From Rickettsiales bacterium (lineage in GTDB: Bacteria > Pseudomonadota > Alphaproteobacteria > Rickettsiales > UBA1997): a stretch of 64,000 nt of DNA. Within the stretch, counting starts at the first letter, position 1; every line of letters starts with the position of its first letter. Positions 6,989 to 17,469 of the stretch are shown here, one piece after another. The DNA lies in the NCBI GenBank assembly GCA_049418765.1, contig JBMSJJ010000002.1, forward strand, positions 104,031 through 168,030, read 5' to 3'. Both the position numbers and the translations under genes were made by a program. A model generated the notes under the pieces. That model did no database searches. It was not told the origin of the DNA and was given only the letters and a program-made list of their open reading frames with translations.

Positions 6989-9594
6989 GTTGCTGAAGTT
7001 TGATTTAAACCCTGCCAAACATATTCGCAAGTAAATGGCAATAACGAGGCCGAGGACTCGCACATAATATTTAGCACCGTAAATAAAACATTGTAGGCAT
7101 CTTGCTTGTCTTGGTCAATTTCACTTTTCCAAAAGCGTTGACGATTTCTACGGATATACCAATTATTTAGCACCTCAAAAAATTTATTGAACTCATCGCA
7201 GGCAATAACAGTATCGAATTTATCCATCGATTTTTCGATATTATTTACGCAAATTTTTAATTTGGACAAAATATAATTATCCAAAATATTTGGAAATTCT
7301 TGGTGGTAATTAATTCTTTGCGCTTTGATGCCATCTGCATTGGCATAAAGGCAAAAGAAGTTATAGGCATTGATTAGAGGTTTTATTGACAATCGAAGCG
7401 TGTCGCGAATGGCTTTACCGTCTTTATCAATCCGCAATTCTTGACCACGCATTACGGGTTGCGAGATCATGAAAAAGCGCATGGCATCGGAGCCAATCGT
7501 TGAAAATATTTCTAAAGGGTCGGCGTAATTTCTAAGGCGTTTTGATAATTTTTGCGAATTTTCATCAAGAATGGTGCCGTGGCAAATTACATTTTTAAAT
7601 GGAATTCGGTTGAATAAAGCGGTTGATAAAACCATCATGGTATAAAACCAGCCTCGAGTTTGAGCCTGATATTCGGTAATGAAATCTGCTGGAAAATTAT
7701 TTTCAAACCATTCTTTGTTTTCAAAAGGATAATGAACTTGGGCAAATGGCATTGACCCACTCTCGAACCAACAATCAAGCACATCGGAAACTCTTTCAAA
7801 AATTTCACCATTTTCTTCGAAAGTAATTTCATCGATGAAGGGGCGGTGCAAATTATCGATTTTTTTGCCTGAAACTTTTTCAATTTCAGCAATTGAGCCA
7901 AAGACGCGAATTTTTCCAGATTTGCTTTTCCACACAGGAACGGGGCAACCCCAAAAGCGATTGCGAGTGATTGACCAATCTCTGGCACCTTCGAGCCATT
8001 TACCGAATTGTCCGTCTTTAACATTTTCTGGAATCCAGTTAATTTGCTGATTTAGTTCCACCATTTTATCTTTAAAGGCCACGACCTTAACATACCATGA
8101 ACTTACGGCTTTGTAAATCAATGGTGTATCGGTACGCCAGCAATGTGGATAATTGTGAAGAATTTGTTCGGGATTGCCAAAAACTAATTTCTGTTCTTTG
8201 AGAAATTTGATGATGTCGTCGTTAGTTTCAAAGACTTGGCGACCTTGAAGATTTGGTAAATTCGGAATTTGATAATCTTTGGTGAAAATTTCAAATAGAG
8301 TTTTATTAATGACTAAGCTATTGAATTTGCCTGCTTCATCGACTGGGCAAATAGTTGGAATATGATTAGCCTTAGAAATAATTTGGTCATCTTCGCCAAA
8401 TCCTGGGGCAATATGAACAATTCCAGTTCCTTCTTCGGTTGAAACAAAATCACCTGCCAAAATCGTGAAAATATTTGGATTTGGATTAATTTCTGATACA
8501 TTGCCAGGTTTTGATGTTGAATATATTCCACCATTTTTTAAAAACTCAAAATATGGAAAAATCGGCTGATAGCTTAACCCAACCAACTCACTACCCATAA
8601 GGCTTCCAAGCAGTTGATGCTCGCCCAAATCCTTGGCAAATTTTTCAATTAAATTTTTGGCTAAAATTAAAATTTCATCATCTTTTTTGATTAAGGCATA
8701 TTCAATTTCCGCTCCAATTGCTAAAGCTAGATTTGAAGGCAAAGTCCAAGGTGTGGTGGTCCATGCGATTAATGCCACTTTGGATAAATCTTGATTAAAA
8801 TCGGTTAAAAATTTTGGAATTTCATTGAGGTAAAATTTAGCTTTAACAGTTTTGCTAGCCTTTTGCCTGTAAGCATTGTCCATTCTGGTTTCAAAATTGG
8901 AAAGTGGAGTTTGGCACGCCCAAGAATAAGGTACAACTCGTAAATCTTCATAGAGTAAACCCTTGTCAAATAGCTCTTTAAAAGCCCAGATCACCGATTC
9001 CATATAGCTTAAATCCATGGTTTTGTAGCTATTTTTAAAATCAACAAATCTGCCTTGACGAGTCACATAATGCTCCCATTCACTTGCATATTTCATTACT
9101 GATTTTTGACAGGCATCATTAAATTTTTCAATGCCAAATTCTTTGATAGCAATTTGTCCTGAAATATTTTTTTGATATTCTTTGCTAAGCTCTTTTTCGG
9201 TTTCCATTTCCACTGGCAAGCCGTGAGTATCCCAGCCGAACCTGCGTTCAACTTTTTTGCCCTTCATGGTTTGATAGCGGGCGAATAAATCCTTGATGAA
9301 GCCTGTAAGAAGGTGGCCATAATGCGGAAGGCCATTGGCAAAGGGTGGGCCATCGTAAAACACAAATTCGTTTTTTTCATCATGGTGATGCCTACAATTG
9401 CTATGCTCCTTTAAAGCACAGCTATCAATGACGGGCGAGGTGTTGTCTTCATCGAGTTCTTCGTTAAAATTACGAATTGCGATGGATTTTTCGAAGATTT
9501 TTTGCTCTTGCCAAAATTTTAGTATTTCCTCTTCCATTTTAGCAAAATCAAGATTTTGATTGGCTTGTGGATAAAATTTATTTTTATTCATCAT
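6985..9594 (-). CDS. ileS: Isoleucine--tRNA ligase, type 2 (eukaryote-like), C-terminally truncated
   Basis: FYDGPPFANGLPHYGH, GWDTHGLP, WTTTPWTLPSN, GTGIVH, YPHCWR, DWSITRNRFWG, QTRGWFY, KLSKR, NWYIRR. Ends YVWQGLNQTSAT* at 869 aa. Confidence 0.97.
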   Translation of the reverse strand: MMNKNKFYPQANQNLDFAKMEEEILKFWQEQKIFEKSIAIRNFNEELDEDNTSPVIDSCALKEHSNCRHHHDEKNEFVFYDGPPFANGLPHYGHLLTGFIKDLFARYQTMKGKKVERRFGWDTHGLPVEMETEKELSKEYQKNISGQIAIKEFGIEKFNDACQKSVMKYASEWEHYVTRQGRFVDFKNSYKTMDLSYMESVIWAFKELFDKGLLYEDLRVVPYSWACQTPLSNFETRMDNAYRQKASKTVKAKFYLNEIPKFLTDFNQDLSKVALIAWTTTPWTLPSNLALAIGAEIEYALIKKDDEILILAKNLIEKFAKDLGEHQLLGSLMGSELVGLSYQPIFPYFEFLKNGGIYSTSKPGNVSEINPNPNIFTILAGDFVSTEEGTGIVHIAPGFGEDDQIISKANHIPTICPVDEAGKFNSLVINKTLFEIFTKDYQIPNLPNLQGRQVFETNDDIIKFLKEQKLVFGNPEQILHNYPHCWRTDTPLIYKAVSSWYVKVVAFKDKMVELNQQINWIPENVKDGQFGKWLEGARDWSITRNRFWGCPVPVWKSKSGKIRVFGSIAEIEKVSGKKIDNLHRPFIDEITFEENGEIFERVSDVLDCWFESGSMPFAQVHYPFENKEWFENNFPADFITEYQAQTRGWFYTMMVLSTALFNRIPFKNVICHGTILDENSQKLSKRLRNYADPLEIFSTIGSDAMRFFMISQPVMRGQELRIDKDGKAIRDTLRLSIKPLINAYNFFCLYANADGIKAQRINYHQEFPNILDNYILSKLKICVNNIEKSMDKFDTVIACDEFNKFFEVLNNWYIRRNRQRFWKSEIDQDKQDAYNVLFTVLNIMCESSASLLPFTCEYVWQGLNQTSAT

Positions 9595-9706
9595 TGATTG
9601 AAAAATATTTAAAAAAAAGATTTTAATTTATGAAATTTTTTATTATAATATCATTTTACCAACAAGTTATAAAAATACATTTGTTTTTTTAAAAATTTTT
9701 AAAATC

Positions 9707-10996
9707 ATGAAAAAAATCAATATTGCCATAGCTGGGCTTGGCACTGTAGGCACTGGAGTCTACAAAATTATCCAAGACAATAAAGATTTGTTTGCTTTGC
9801 GTTCAAATTTAATTGTCGAAATTGTTGCGGTGAGTTCAAGAAGTAAAAAAGATTATCTAGATCCAAAAATTCGCTTTTATGAAAACCCTTTGCACCTTGC
9901 GCAAGATCCAAAGGTCGATATTGTCGTTGAGTTAATTGGTGGTTGCGACATTGCCAAGGATTTAATTCATAGCGCTTTAAAAAATAACAAAAAAGTCGTT
10001 ACCGCCAATAAAGCCTTGCTTGCCTTACATGGCGCTGAAATTCAATCATGGGTTGATAAATATCAAGGTTATATTGCTTATGAATCGGCTGTAGCTGGAG
10101 CTAATCCAGTAATTAAAGCGGTTCGCGAAAGTTTTGTGGCCAATGAAATTTCTGAAATTTATGGAATTTTAAATGGCACTTGTAATTTCATTTTAACCAA
10201 AATGAAAAACGAAAAACAAGATTATAAAATTGCGCTTGATGAAGCGCAAAAACTTGGCTATGCTGAAGCCGACCCAACTTTCGATATAAAAGGCAATGAC
10301 AGCGCTCACAAAATCGTTTTACTTTCTGCACTTGCTCAATCATCGCTTCCAGACTACGAAAATAGCTATGTTGAAGGCATTGACCAAATTTCCATTCGAG
10401 ACATTAACTTAGCTGATGAATTTGGTTATAAAATTAAATTACTTGGTATTTTTAAAAAATTAGGCGATAAGGTTCAACAAACTGTTTATCCTGCCTTGAT
10501 TAAAGCTAATGAAAAAATTGCTCAAGTTGACGGTTCATATAATGCACTTCTTTCTAAAGGTTCAAATTTTGAATATAACCTAATGATTGGTCGAGGAGCT
10601 GGTGGCTTACCAACTGGTTCGGCGGTAGTTGCTGATATTATTGATATTGCCTGTCAACGAAATCAAAATTTTCTATTTAATGCTGATTCAGTTAATTTAA
10701 AAAAACCACAAATCATTAAAATCAATGAAAGAGTGGGGCAATATTTTATTACCTTTTCTTTTGACAAAAATTCAATTTCTAAAAATAATATTTTGGATGA
10801 GGTTTTTGCTAATCGTATAAAAATTGATAAGGTAATTTATCAAATTGACGAAAATTTTCCAGAACAAAATATGGTGATTGTTGCAATCATAACAGGCTCA
10901 CATCAAGAAAAGCAAATAATTGATGCGCTTGAAATGGTTGATAAAAATCATATCAAAAACTTAAAATTTATCCGCATTGAACAAACCAATTTTTAA
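9707..10996 (+). CDS. hom: Homoserine dehydrogenase
   Basis: GLGTVG NAD-binding motif, VVTANKALLA, GILNGTCNFIL, GYAEADPTFD, GRGAGGLPTGSAV. Confidence 0.96.
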   Translation: MKKINIAIAGLGTVGTGVYKIIQDNKDLFALRSNLIVEIVAVSSRSKKDYLDPKIRFYENPLHLAQDPKVDIVVELIGGCDIAKDLIHSALKNNKKVVTANKALLALHGAEIQSWVDKYQGYIAYESAVAGANPVIKAVRESFVANEISEIYGILNGTCNFILTKMKNEKQDYKIALDEAQKLGYAEADPTFDIKGNDSAHKIVLLSALAQSSLPDYENSYVEGIDQISIRDINLADEFGYKIKLLGIFKKLGDKVQQTVYPALIKANEKIAQVDGSYNALLSKGSNFEYNLMIGRGAGGLPTGSAVVADIIDIACQRNQNFLFNADSVNLKKPQIIKINERVGQYFITFSFDKNSISKNNILDEVFANRIKIDKVIYQIDENFPEQNMVIVAIITGSHQEKQIIDALEMVDKNHIKNLKFIRIEQTNF

Positions 10997-10998
10997 TT

Positions 10999-13143
10999 AT
11001 GTCTGATTTTATTTTAGAAATATATAGCGAAGAAATTCCAGCAAAAATGCAAAAAACTGCTCTTGAGAATTTTGATAAAATTGTCAATGAGGTTTTAAAA
11101 AAGAGCAATTTGAATTATCAACCAAATGACCTGAAATCATATATTTCTTCAAATCGTTTAGTTTTTTCATTAAAAAATATTCAAGATTTTCAATTGCAAC
11201 AATCGCAAAGAAAAATTGGTCCAAAAGCTGATGCCGATCCAAAATCGATTGAAGGTTTTGCTAAGTCAATGGGTTTATCCGGTGCTTCGGATTTAAAAAT
11301 TCATGATGGATTTTATGTTTTTGAAAAGCCTCAATCTAAAACTCCAACTGAAGAAATAATTAAATTGGCATTGCCAAGTATTTTGTTAAAAATGCAAAAT
11401 ATCTGGACCAAAACCATGGTTTACAATGTGGCAAATGATTTAAAATTTAAATGGATTCGCCCGATTCGTGCGATTTTGGCGCTTTACAATGAGAAAATTA
11501 TTGATTTTTCTTTTGCCCATCTCAATTCAAACAACAAAACTTTTGGCAAAAATTTACAAATTATTGAAATAAAAAATGCTTCAACTTATCAAGAGGTTTT
11601 ACAAGAAAATCATATTATCATCGACCAATTTCGTCGTAAAGAAATTATTTCAAATCAAATTGCCAAAATTTTAAAAGAAAAGCAAATTACGATTAATATA
11701 AATTTCTTTCAATCCAATTTTTTTGAAGAATTAGTCGGTTTGGCTGATAATCCAACGGTTTTGGTTGGAAAAATTGATAATATTTTTCTTGAACTTCCCC
11801 ATCAAGCCTTAAATATAACTTTGCAACATAATCAAAAATATATTTGCACCAATGATTATGATGGTAATTTTTCGCCTTATTTTTTATTCATTTGTAATTG
11901 CGAAGTGGGCAAACATAATCAAGAAAAAATCATTCGCGACAACGAAAAAATCATGCGAGCAAGACTTAATGATTTAAAATTTTTCATTGAAGAAGATTTG
12001 AAAAAGCCTTTAATTAATTTTAAAGAAAATCTGGTAAATGTAATTCAGCACCAAAAAATTGGCAATATGGCTGAAAAAATTTCTCGATTCAAAGAAATGG
12101 CAAAATTTTTATCGGTCTTCACGCCGCATTGCGACATTAATTTGATTGATAGGGCGGTGGATTTGTCAAAGGCTGATTTATGCACTAAGGCGGTTGCTGA
12201 AATGCCCGAATTGCAAGGTTATTTCGGCAGTTTTTATGCAAAAAAACAACTCGAAAATCATAAAATTGTTGAAGCAATTTATGAACATTATTTACCAATT
12301 GGTGCTAATTCAGAAGTTGCAAAACAAGCGCTTGGCATAACTTTATCAATTGCCGATAAAATTGATAATATTGTGGGTTTCTTTTTGGTAAATGAAAAGC
12401 CATCAAGCTCGCGTGACCCTTATGCATTGAGGCGCTACGCCCTTGGCATTATCAGAACTTCGCATCAGCATAATATTGCTTTTCCGATTCGAATTTTAGT
12501 GGAACGCTCTTTAAAAACTTTTCCGCCAAAAATGTTAAAAAATTATTTATCTCCAAATAAAAAAGATTTCTTTGTTTTAAAGAAAAATTTAATTGAAGAG
12601 ATTGTTAAATTCATCATTGAGCGTCTAAAAATTTATCTAAAAGAGCAAGAAAATGTTCGCCCAGATATTTTGCAAATGGTACTAAATGACTATATCGACA
12701 ACCTTGACAAACACAAGATGGTCGATGTTTTATATCTAATCAAAAAAATCAAATTCCTCAATGAATTTATAAATAACGAAAATAATAAAAACCTAATTAG
12801 CCTCTATAAAAGATCGGCAAATATATTGTCAATTGAAGAAAATAAGGACAAGAAAATTTATCAAGGACGACCTTCGATTTTAGGTTTTAAGAGTAAATAT
12901 GAAAGATTACTTTACCGCAGAATCAAGCAGGTTTCTAAGCCTTTCCACAAGCTAGTCTCTAAGGCAGAATTTGAAAAAGCTTTAGCTTTACTTGCAATTA
13001 TTGAAGTGCCGTTAACGCATTTTTTTGATCATATTGTGGTCAATGATATTGATAACAACACCAGAGAAAACCGTTTGATTTTACTCGCCCTAATTCGTGA
13101 ATTATTTAACGATATTGGCAATTTATCGAAAATTGAATTATAA
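10999..13143 (+). CDS. glyS: Glycine--tRNA ligase beta subunit
   Basis: LEIYSEEIP, WIRPIR, KADL, EMPELQG, EHYLP, ADKID, SRDPYALRR, FFDHIVVN..RENRL. Confidence 0.96.
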   Translation: MSDFILEIYSEEIPAKMQKTALENFDKIVNEVLKKSNLNYQPNDLKSYISSNRLVFSLKNIQDFQLQQSQRKIGPKADADPKSIEGFAKSMGLSGASDLKIHDGFYVFEKPQSKTPTEEIIKLALPSILLKMQNIWTKTMVYNVANDLKFKWIRPIRAILALYNEKIIDFSFAHLNSNNKTFGKNLQIIEIKNASTYQEVLQENHIIIDQFRRKEIISNQIAKILKEKQITININFFQSNFFEELVGLADNPTVLVGKIDNIFLELPHQALNITLQHNQKYICTNDYDGNFSPYFLFICNCEVGKHNQEKIIRDNEKIMRARLNDLKFFIEEDLKKPLINFKENLVNVIQHQKIGNMAEKISRFKEMAKFLSVFTPHCDINLIDRAVDLSKADLCTKAVAEMPELQGYFGSFYAKKQLENHKIVEAIYEHYLPIGANSEVAKQALGITLSIADKIDNIVGFFLVNEKPSSSRDPYALRRYALGIIRTSHQHNIAFPIRILVERSLKTFPPKMLKNYLSPNKKDFFVLKKNLIEEIVKFIIERLKIYLKEQENVRPDILQMVLNDYIDNLDKHKMVDVLYLIKKIKFLNEFINNENNKNLISLYKRSANILSIEENKDKKIYQGRPSILGFKSKYERLLYRRIKQVSKPFHKLVSKAEFEKALALLAIIEVPLTHFFDHIVVNDIDNNTRENRLILLALIRELFNDIGNLSKIEL

Positions 13144-13147
13144 ATTT

Positions 13148-14500
13148 ATGCTTTTGTCCAATTATTTCATTCCAACTTTAAAAGAAAATCCAATCGATGC
13201 CACTGTAGTTTCGCACCAGCTTATGGTTCGCGCTGGCATGATTCGCCAGACTGCGAGTGGAATTTATTCATGGCTACCGCTTGGCCTTCGGGTTCTTCGT
13301 AAAGTTGAAAATATCATTAAAACCGAAATGGACAAAGCGGGAGCCCTTGAGGTTTTGATGCCCACTATCCAGCCCGCAGAATTATGGATTGAGTCGGGTC
13401 GCTATGATGCTTATGGCAAGGAAATGCTTCGCATCAAAGATCGCCATGACCGCGATATTTTATATGGACCCACCCATGAGGAGGTCATCACTGATTTGTT
13501 TCGTAAAAATATTAATTCTTACAAGGATTTGCCAAAAAATTTCTATCAAATTAATTGGAAATTTCGTGATGAAATCCGCCCAAGATTTGGTTTGATGCGT
13601 GGTCGTGAATTTTTGATGAAAGACTCATATTCATTTGACATCAATGAAGAAAACGCCAAAAAAACTTACGACTTAATGTATCAAACTTATTTTAAAATTT
13701 TCATAAAAATGGGTTTGCAACCAATTGCTCTTCGAGCCGATACTGGAGCCATTGGCGGGGATTTGTCTCATGAGTTTCATATTTTGGCGGATGTTGGCGA
13801 GAGTGCAATTTATTACGACAAAAAACTTGATGAAATTTATCAACAAGAATTATTTCATAATCAGCAAAATTCGGGCGACCAAGACGATATTATCGCTCTT
13901 TTAAAAGGTGGGCAGGAATTTGAAAATATCAATATTGACATCAAAAAATTGCAATCAATTTATGCGATGGCCGATGATTTACATTCACAAGAAAACTGCC
14001 CAGTTGCCAAAGAAAATATTATTGCCAAAAGAGGGATTGAAGTTGGTCAGGTTTTCAATTTTGGATTGAAATATTCTAAAGCAATGGAAGCTTCGGTAAT
14101 GAGTGCCTCGGGCGAAAAAATCTATCCAAATATGGGTTCTTATGGCATTGGCGTTTCAAGGGTGGTGGCAGGTGCGATTGAAGCTAATCATGATGAAAGA
14201 GGCATTATTTGGCCAAAACAAATTGCTCCTTTTGAAGTGATTTTGATTAACATAAAAAGCGGTGATGAGCTTTGTGACAAAGCCTGTGAAGTGATTTACG
14301 AAAATTTGCAAAAATACAATGTCGAAGTTTTATATGACGACACCAAAAATTCGATGGGACAAAAATTGGCAGTTGCCGATTTGATTGGTGTGCCATATCA
14401 AATTATAGTCGGACCAAAAACTTTGTCAAACAATCAAGTTGAAATTAAAAATCGCCGAACTGGAGAAAAATTTTTAGTAGATATAAGTAAGGTTTTATAG
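13148..14500 (+). CDS. proS: Proline--tRNA ligase (short alphaproteobacterial form lacking the editing domain)
   Basis: SHQLMVRAGMIRQ, GPTHEE, KFRDEIRPRFGLMRGREF, GIEVGQVF, GSYGIGVSR. Start refined to ATG 13148. Confidence 0.97.
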   Translation: MLLSNYFIPTLKENPIDATVVSHQLMVRAGMIRQTASGIYSWLPLGLRVLRKVENIIKTEMDKAGALEVLMPTIQPAELWIESGRYDAYGKEMLRIKDRHDRDILYGPTHEEVITDLFRKNINSYKDLPKNFYQINWKFRDEIRPRFGLMRGREFLMKDSYSFDINEENAKKTYDLMYQTYFKIFIKMGLQPIALRADTGAIGGDLSHEFHILADVGESAIYYDKKLDEIYQQELFHNQQNSGDQDDIIALLKGGQEFENINIDIKKLQSIYAMADDLHSQENCPVAKENIIAKRGIEVGQVFNFGLKYSKAMEASVMSASGEKIYPNMGSYGIGVSRVVAGAIEANHDERGIIWPKQIAPFEVILINIKSGDELCDKACEVIYENLQKYNVEVLYDDTKNSMGQKLAVADLIGVPYQIIVGPKTLSNNQVEIKNRRTGEKFLVDISKVL

Positions 14501-14533
14501 TCTAGCCAAATTTATTTATAAAATTAAAATATC

Positions 14534-16672
14534 TTAAAATTCCATAGTGAGGTTGGCTTTAAAGGCTCGAACTGAACCGGGTTGGATATTGTTGTTATTG
14601 TGGGCGGTGAGGTGGTATTTTTTGTTAAAAATATTTTCCACATTTAATTGAGTGCGAATTTTTGAATTAAGGTGATAATAAATTCCGCCATCAATTCGGT
14701 TAAATCCTTTAATGCGCACGCTGTTATCTACCGAAGCGAATTGACTTGATTGATTAATGAAGCCCAAGGCCAAACCATATTTTTGGTCGATGTCATATTT
14801 TCCCCAAAGCGAAAATTTATTTTGTGGAGTAAGTGCTAGTTTTTTACCTTTTTTGGCGCTTGCAGTGTCGCTGGTGATTTCGGCTTTAAGATGTGAGAAG
14901 CCGGCAATTATGTTGAAATTTTTGTATATTTCGCCTTGAGCTGAAAGCTCCAAACCTTTGGTGCGAGAGGCTCCAGATAGAACAAACAAGCCAGTTCCTG
15001 CTGGGTCATTGGCTCTGGTGTTGGTTCTGTCTAAAATAAAAAAGGCGCCACTAATATTAAATTTTTTGGTGAGATCAATTTTAGAGCCAATTTCATAATT
15101 TTGTAATTTTTCGGCTTTTAAAGTTTTTGACTTTGCATCAAGTTCATTAAATTGGTCGCCCGCACTTGGTAAATAAGATGTGCTAAAGCTGGCATAGTTG
15201 GAGATATTAGATTTTGGTTTAAAAATCAAAGCCAATTTCGGTGAAATTAAATTTTGCGAATTTTCAAATTTTTGATGATTAAAATTGTCATTTAAAATAA
15301 TTTTAAAATTGTCTAATCGCACGCCAACATTGGCTTCAAAATATTTATTAAAAATCAAATTATCCTGTAAATATCCTGCAAGAATTCTAACATTATTTTT
15401 ATTTTTAATATTGGTTTGATAAGAAACTGACGATGAAATAATATCATCAAAAACAGAAACATCAAGGCTTGAAGCACCACCATTAAATATGCCATTTCTT
15501 CTTTCCAATTTTGAGGCTTGATGAGAAATTTCGGTGCCAATTAATAATTCATGCTTTATGTTTTTGGTGGTGAATTTACTTATAAAATCAGTTTGGTTGG
15601 TGAAGTTAAGGCGAGTTTGGTCGTTATCGTAAGACGCCAATTTAAATTTAAAATTATTGTCAACTGCACTATTTGGATAAGAATTTTTGTAATATTTATC
15701 GTAATTGCTTAAGCGTGTATGATTTTTAATTTTAAAATCCTTATTAAAATCATGATTTAATGTGGCAAAGGCGCTATTTACTTCAGTTTTTGAGCCATAT
15801 TGATCAGGGCTGCCAAAAAATTTATTTGAGCGAATTGTAAGTGGTGAGCCGTTTTTTGAAGGCAAACCGCGGTCATTGAAGCGATTATCATAAAAATATT
15901 CATAACCAACTTTTAAGTCGGTTTTTTGACTTAAAATTATGGTTGCCGTTGGGTTGATGCCATATTTTTGCATATATCCATAATCACGGAAGGTTTTAGA
16001 ATTTTCATAAACACCATTGATTCTAAAATTAAATTTATCATTGATTTTTTCAGAAATATCACCCTCGAAACGATGATTTTCAAAGGATCCGCCACTTACA
16101 CTTACTTTACGAATTTTGTCGCCATTGGCAAATTTTGAAACTCGATTAACTAAGCCACCAGAGCCACCTCGACCAAATGCCAAGGCGTTTGGACCTTTTA
16201 AAAACTCAATTTGTTCGATGTTGTAAAAATCGCGAAAATATTGGGCATCATCGCGAGCGCCGTCTAAAAAGAAATCGGCCGTAGTGTCATTGCCTCGAAT
16301 CGAAACTTGGTCGCGATTGCCTTCGCCTTGCTTGACAAAAAACCCCGGAACATAACGCGAAGCCTCCTCAAGATTAACAATATTTTGGTCTTGAATTTGT
16401 TTGCGTCCAACCACTGAAATACTTTGTGGAGTGTCATTTAGTGCTTTATTAATTTTTAGCGAGCTCGATGAATTAAAATTTTTGTAATCATTATTTTCAT
16501 TAGTGGCAGTGACGGTTATTTGCGGAAGGGTAGAGGAAGAAATTATGTTGTTTAGAACTGGTTTTGAAGAAATATTTTTTTTGGCAAAAATATTGTTAGT
16601 TAAAATAAGATTTAAAAATAAAATTTGTAAAATTAACCAAAAAAATTGTGGAAATTTGCGAAGAATTAACAT
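14534..16672 (-). CDS. TonB-dependent siderophore receptor
   Basis: TonB box LPQITVTA, DTPQSISVV, IRG, NIEQIEFLKGPNA..GRG..GG..N plug motif, NVENIFNKKY, C-terminal F. Confidence 0.93.
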   Translation of the reverse strand: MLILRKFPQFFWLILQILFLNLILTNNIFAKKNISSKPVLNNIISSSTLPQITVTATNENNDYKNFNSSSSLKINKALNDTPQSISVVGRKQIQDQNIVNLEEASRYVPGFFVKQGEGNRDQVSIRGNDTTADFFLDGARDDAQYFRDFYNIEQIEFLKGPNALAFGRGGSGGLVNRVSKFANGDKIRKVSVSGGSFENHRFEGDISEKINDKFNFRINGVYENSKTFRDYGYMQKYGINPTATIILSQKTDLKVGYEYFYDNRFNDRGLPSKNGSPLTIRSNKFFGSPDQYGSKTEVNSAFATLNHDFNKDFKIKNHTRLSNYDKYYKNSYPNSAVDNNFKFKLASYDNDQTRLNFTNQTDFISKFTTKNIKHELLIGTEISHQASKLERRNGIFNGGASSLDVSVFDDIISSSVSYQTNIKNKNNVRILAGYLQDNLIFNKYFEANVGVRLDNFKIILNDNFNHQKFENSQNLISPKLALIFKPKSNISNYASFSTSYLPSAGDQFNELDAKSKTLKAEKLQNYEIGSKIDLTKKFNISGAFFILDRTNTRANDPAGTGLFVLSGASRTKGLELSAQGEIYKNFNIIAGFSHLKAEITSDTASAKKGKKLALTPQNKFSLWGKYDIDQKYGLALGFINQSSQFASVDNSVRIKGFNRIDGGIYYHLNSKIRTQLNVENIFNKKYHLTAHNNNNIQPGSVRAFKANLTMEF

Positions 16673-16784
16673 AAAAAATAAGAGAAAAAAATCAATAAAA
16701 TAATAAAAACTACTTTTAATAAAATTTTTTATAAAACCAGTAAAATAGATATTTCAAATGGTTCTGAAATTAAAAAATCATTGC

Positions 16785-16803
16785 AATAATGATTATCATA
16801 TTA
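16785..16803. promoter_or_regulatory. Fur-box-like operator upstream of the TonB-dependent receptor
   Basis: Minus strand TAATATGATAATCATTATT matches the GATAATGATAATCATTATC consensus at 15/19, about 110 nt upstream of the receptor start. Confidence 0.7.
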
Positions 16804-16844
16804 GATAACGCAAATATTTTTTTCAAGATTTTTTTTCGCGATAA

Positions 16845-17333
16845 TTATTTTTTTGATTTTTTCTTTAGGCGAAATTTTTTTAAAATTTCTAAATCAATAT
16901 ATTCAAGAGCTTTGATGTTGGTGGATTCTAATTTTATTTTTGGAGCAAATCCAGCTTCGTAAGCTTCAAGCCAACGCAAAGCACATAAGCACCAAAAATC
17001 TCCTGCTTTTAAGCCCGGAAAATTATATTGTGGATTTGGTGAAGATAAATTATTTCCTCTAGATTTTGTAAATTCTAAAAACTCGGTTGTTACTTGAGCG
17101 CAAACCACATGAGTTCCGCTATCTTGAAAATTTGTATGGCAATATCCATCGCGAAAAAATCCAGTGAGTGGATCAAAACAACAAGGCTGAAGTGGTTTAT
17201 TTAGAACATTTAATGCCGAAGTTTTTTGATTTGCTTTTGGAATTATTGTCATATTTTGTGCATGAATTAAGGTTGGTGATAAAAAAATAATTATAGTAAA
17301 AAAAATTTTATAAAATTTAGTTTTTTTTGGCAT
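16845..17333 (-). CDS. DUF2237 family protein (start uncertain, possible signal-peptide extension)
   Basis: [56 protein letters not shown]. Confidence 0.9.
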   Translation of the reverse strand: MPKKTKFYKIFFTIIIFLSPTLIHAQNMTIIPKANQKTSALNVLNKPLQPCCFDPLTGFFRDGYCHTNFQDSGTHVVCAQVTTEFLEFTKSRGNNLSSPNPQYNFPGLKAGDFWCLCALRWLEAYEAGFAPKIKLESTNIKALEYIDLEILKKFRLKKKSKK

Positions 17334-17469
17334 TTTTTTTGGAATTTTTACATTTATCGGAGCAGAATTTTACATGTTCCCAGTCTCGTTGCCATTTTTT
17401 TCGCCAAGCAAAAGGTCGGTTGCAAAATTCACAAATTTTTTGTGGTAAATTTAATTTTTTGTGGGTCAT
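17317..17469 (-). CDS. DUF2256 family small Cys protein (50 aa, absent from the ORF track)
   Basis: Translated by hand: [53 protein letters not shown] overlaps the photolyase TGA (ATGA). Confidence 0.92.
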   Translation of the reverse strand: MTHKKLNLPQKICEFCNRPFAWRKKWQRDWEHVKFCSDKCKNSKKNAKKN

